A DNA stretch of 63,585 nucleotides, counting the filler, from Octopus bimaculoides (Eukaryota): assembly GCF_001194135.2 (NCBI RefSeq). It is 10 parts of 9 records of this genome, joined end to end, with 100 filler letters (N's around TTAATTAATTAA, not from the genome) between each part and the next. Parts side by side here need not be neighbours in the genome. Positions count along the whole stretch, not along the records: positions 61,198 to 63,585 come from NW_026435590.1; 9 more parts are not named here. One strand, 5' to 3'. Below, piece by piece: positions 61,231 to 63,585 of this stretch. Each line of letters opens with the position of its first letter. Position 1 is the stretch's first letter. Position numbers and translations under genes: made by a program. The notes under the pieces are model-generated. The model made no database searches. It saw only the letters and a list, made by a program, of their open reading frames with translations, and was not told where the DNA came from.

Positions 61231-63297
61231 CTGTGTGTATGTATCTGTCTGTATGTATATATATCGGTCTGTATGTATTTAAGTATATTGTTTTCGATGC
61301 TAGTCCTGAATAAATATTATGATCGTGTGTGTTGTCTCGGTAATATTTGATACAGGAGAATATAGCTGTTATCTTTTGTAAATTGGGGACTCCTTAATTG
61401 GATTGAAAAATGTAACATAAACATTTGTGGTGTTCTCCATAGACACAACCTTTTGCAACATCTAATTTCTGTGATTCACCGGAGAGGCCTTTTTCCTATT
61501 AGAAATGGGGGTTTAACTCTCAGTGGAGTATTCCTCTGGGATTTCATACCCTTATTTGTGACAACTTTTTCTGTCCCCTAATTGGATGGCGTCACACCTC
61601 TACCGAGATGCATAAACCTCGAATGTACACAATTTCATGTACATACAACCGTGCACAAATGAATATAATTAATACACACAAATGCTTGTACACATATACT
61701 AAACAAACATAATTTAATGTATGTATGTGTACATAGATACATACACTCACACGCACGTACACACTCACACACACGCACATATACATAGCCACAGGCACGT
61801 ATAGATATTCACATCCAAGCGCTTGAGTGTGTGCGAATGTGTATGTATATATATGTATTAAATATATTTAAACGTGTCACAAAGAGAAAAAGTTTAAGGG
61901 GGCGACAATAGTTTTTTTAGGCCTTACCAAAGATATTATGGTTACGGTAATCAATTTAGATTCCATCTTCCAGAAGCTGATATCTTTTATTGTACTTTTA
62001 CTTATTCAATATTTTGACTTGTCTTGGGAATTTCTTTACATTTTGATTATTATATTGTTGTTGCATGTATCTTTATTTTTCTCCTTTAATTCATAAACAA
62101 CCGCTATCCGTCTTTCTGAGTATTTAGACTCACCCACACGCGCGCGTATAAATATGAGTATGTGTATGCATACACGCACGCACATATGTTTTTATGTATA
62201 CCACATGTTTGGTGTAATAATAATAATAATAATAATAATAATTAATTCGTTTTATTGGCCACAAGGGCTAATATCAATTAAAAACATGTAAGGACAAAGA
62301 CAGGATGAAGGTTACAAAAGGTTTTGTCCGAAAAGGTAGGAAAGTTCGTCTAAACAGAGGAAGAAAACAGAGAAAGATATAACAAATAAATAGATAAATA
62401 AATAAATAAATAAATAAATAGAACTCCCAAATCCGTTCTACTATAGGCACAAAGCCTGAAATTTTGGGGACTCAAATTATCGACCCCGAAAGTATGAAAG
62501 GTACAGTCGACCTCGGAGGAATTTGAAATGATAATCATTTCTATTACAGAAAATAGCAAATATTTCTTGAAATATATAGAGAAGAGGAATTTGTNNNNNN
62601 NNNNAAATAGAACTCCCAAATCCGTTCTACTATAGGCACAAAGCCTGAAATTTTGGGGACTCAAATTATCGACCCCGAAAGTATGAAAGGTACAGTCGAC
62701 CTCGGAGGAATTTGAAATGATAATCATTTCTATTACAGAAAATAGCAAATATTTCTTGAAATATATAGAGAAGAGGAATTTGTATAAAGGAATTTCATTT
62801 GCTTTAGCGTAGAAACTTTTCAAGAGGTGTCCAGTTGAAAATTTTGATTATAAACAGCAGAAATAGTTGTCTCACCAAATCCCTATCATTATTTTCATTG
62901 ATAAACCCATTTACAACTCTTCCGACCTTACTGCAAGCCATTTGTTCTACGCTTTAATAAGGGTAAGAATATACGGTTGGCTAGATTATAAAGCTAATTA
63001 ATTATCGCATCGCTGTCTTCATATTTATGCAATGGGTAATAAAATAAATAAAATCTTAAATAAAGAATATGTGAATAAGATCTACGTTGATCACGGTTGA
63101 ATAGACCTTTCGAAATACAGCTGGATAAGAGATGACAAAGGGTTAAAAACAGCAACGCGAATATATCAGATAATGCTTTCTTAGATACGTAGACATGCCA
63201 GATTAAAAGTAATGGTTACAGCTGGAATATTGTTCATAAATCTACCTGCTATGTCTGGGTAATGTGGTGAAGGACAACAATAGTATGTATGTATATA

Positions 63298-63519
63298 TAT
63301 TTCTTTATTGCCTACAAGGGGCTAAACATAGAGGGGACAAACAAGGGATTAAGTCGATTAAATCGACGCCAGTGCTTAACTGGTACTTATTTAATCGACC
63401 CCGAAAGGATGAAAGGCAAAGTCAACCTCGGCGGAATTTGGACTCATAACGTAACGGCAGACCGAATAGCGCTAAGCATTTCGCCCGGCGTGCTAACGTT
63501 TCTGCCAGCTCGCCGCCTT
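63298..63519 (-). mobile_element. Near-consensus SINE B (alternative tail) in a (TATG)n tract
   Basis: Same tail and body as 45574-45805. Confidence 0.88.
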
Positions 63520-63535
63520 TGTATGTATGTATGTA

Positions 63536-63585
63536 TCATCATCATCATCATCATCGTTTAACGTCCGCTTTCCATGCTAGCATGG
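63536..63585 (-). mobile_element. 3' end of RTE-tail SINE, truncated by the window edge
   Basis: catcatcatcgtttaacgtccgctttccatgctagcatgg is the reverse complement of the 48636-48685 tail. Confidence 0.75.

Noticed and set aside
62416-62783. Apparent 179-bp tandem duplication
   Set aside because: Identical copies flank a 10-N gap; unmerged contig overlap.

Overview
AT-rich, repeat-saturated, gappy animal DNA. The SINE families, dense compound microsatellites and TTAATTAATTAA gap tokens suggest an octopus draft assembly (inference). Almost every ORF in the supplied track is a microsatellite or N-gap artefact. One host gene is supported: the last two coding exons of a tetraspanin on the minus strand (54694-54777 and 52454-52504, both phase 0, canonical splice sites). 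Its upstream exons were not found. The rest is decayed mobile DNA: at least five tRNA-type SINE families (about 30 copies or fragments), R4/Dong-like RLE LINEs (one family ends in (TAA)n, another in (CATA)n), RTE, CR1/L2, Tx1/L1 and Penelope fragments, and two Gypsy LTR remnants. The most notable signal is a fully canonical type I hammerhead ribozyme at 20149-20220 (minus strand), plus four degenerate hammerhead-like motifs, mostly in Penelope-like termini. Also notable are a (CATA)n-associated RLE retrotransposon family present in five pieces and several long hairpins. No bacterial-type features, rRNA, true tRNA or CRISPR arrays were seen. TE boundaries are approximate (tens of bp); family assignments come from recognising motifs by eye, not from database searches.
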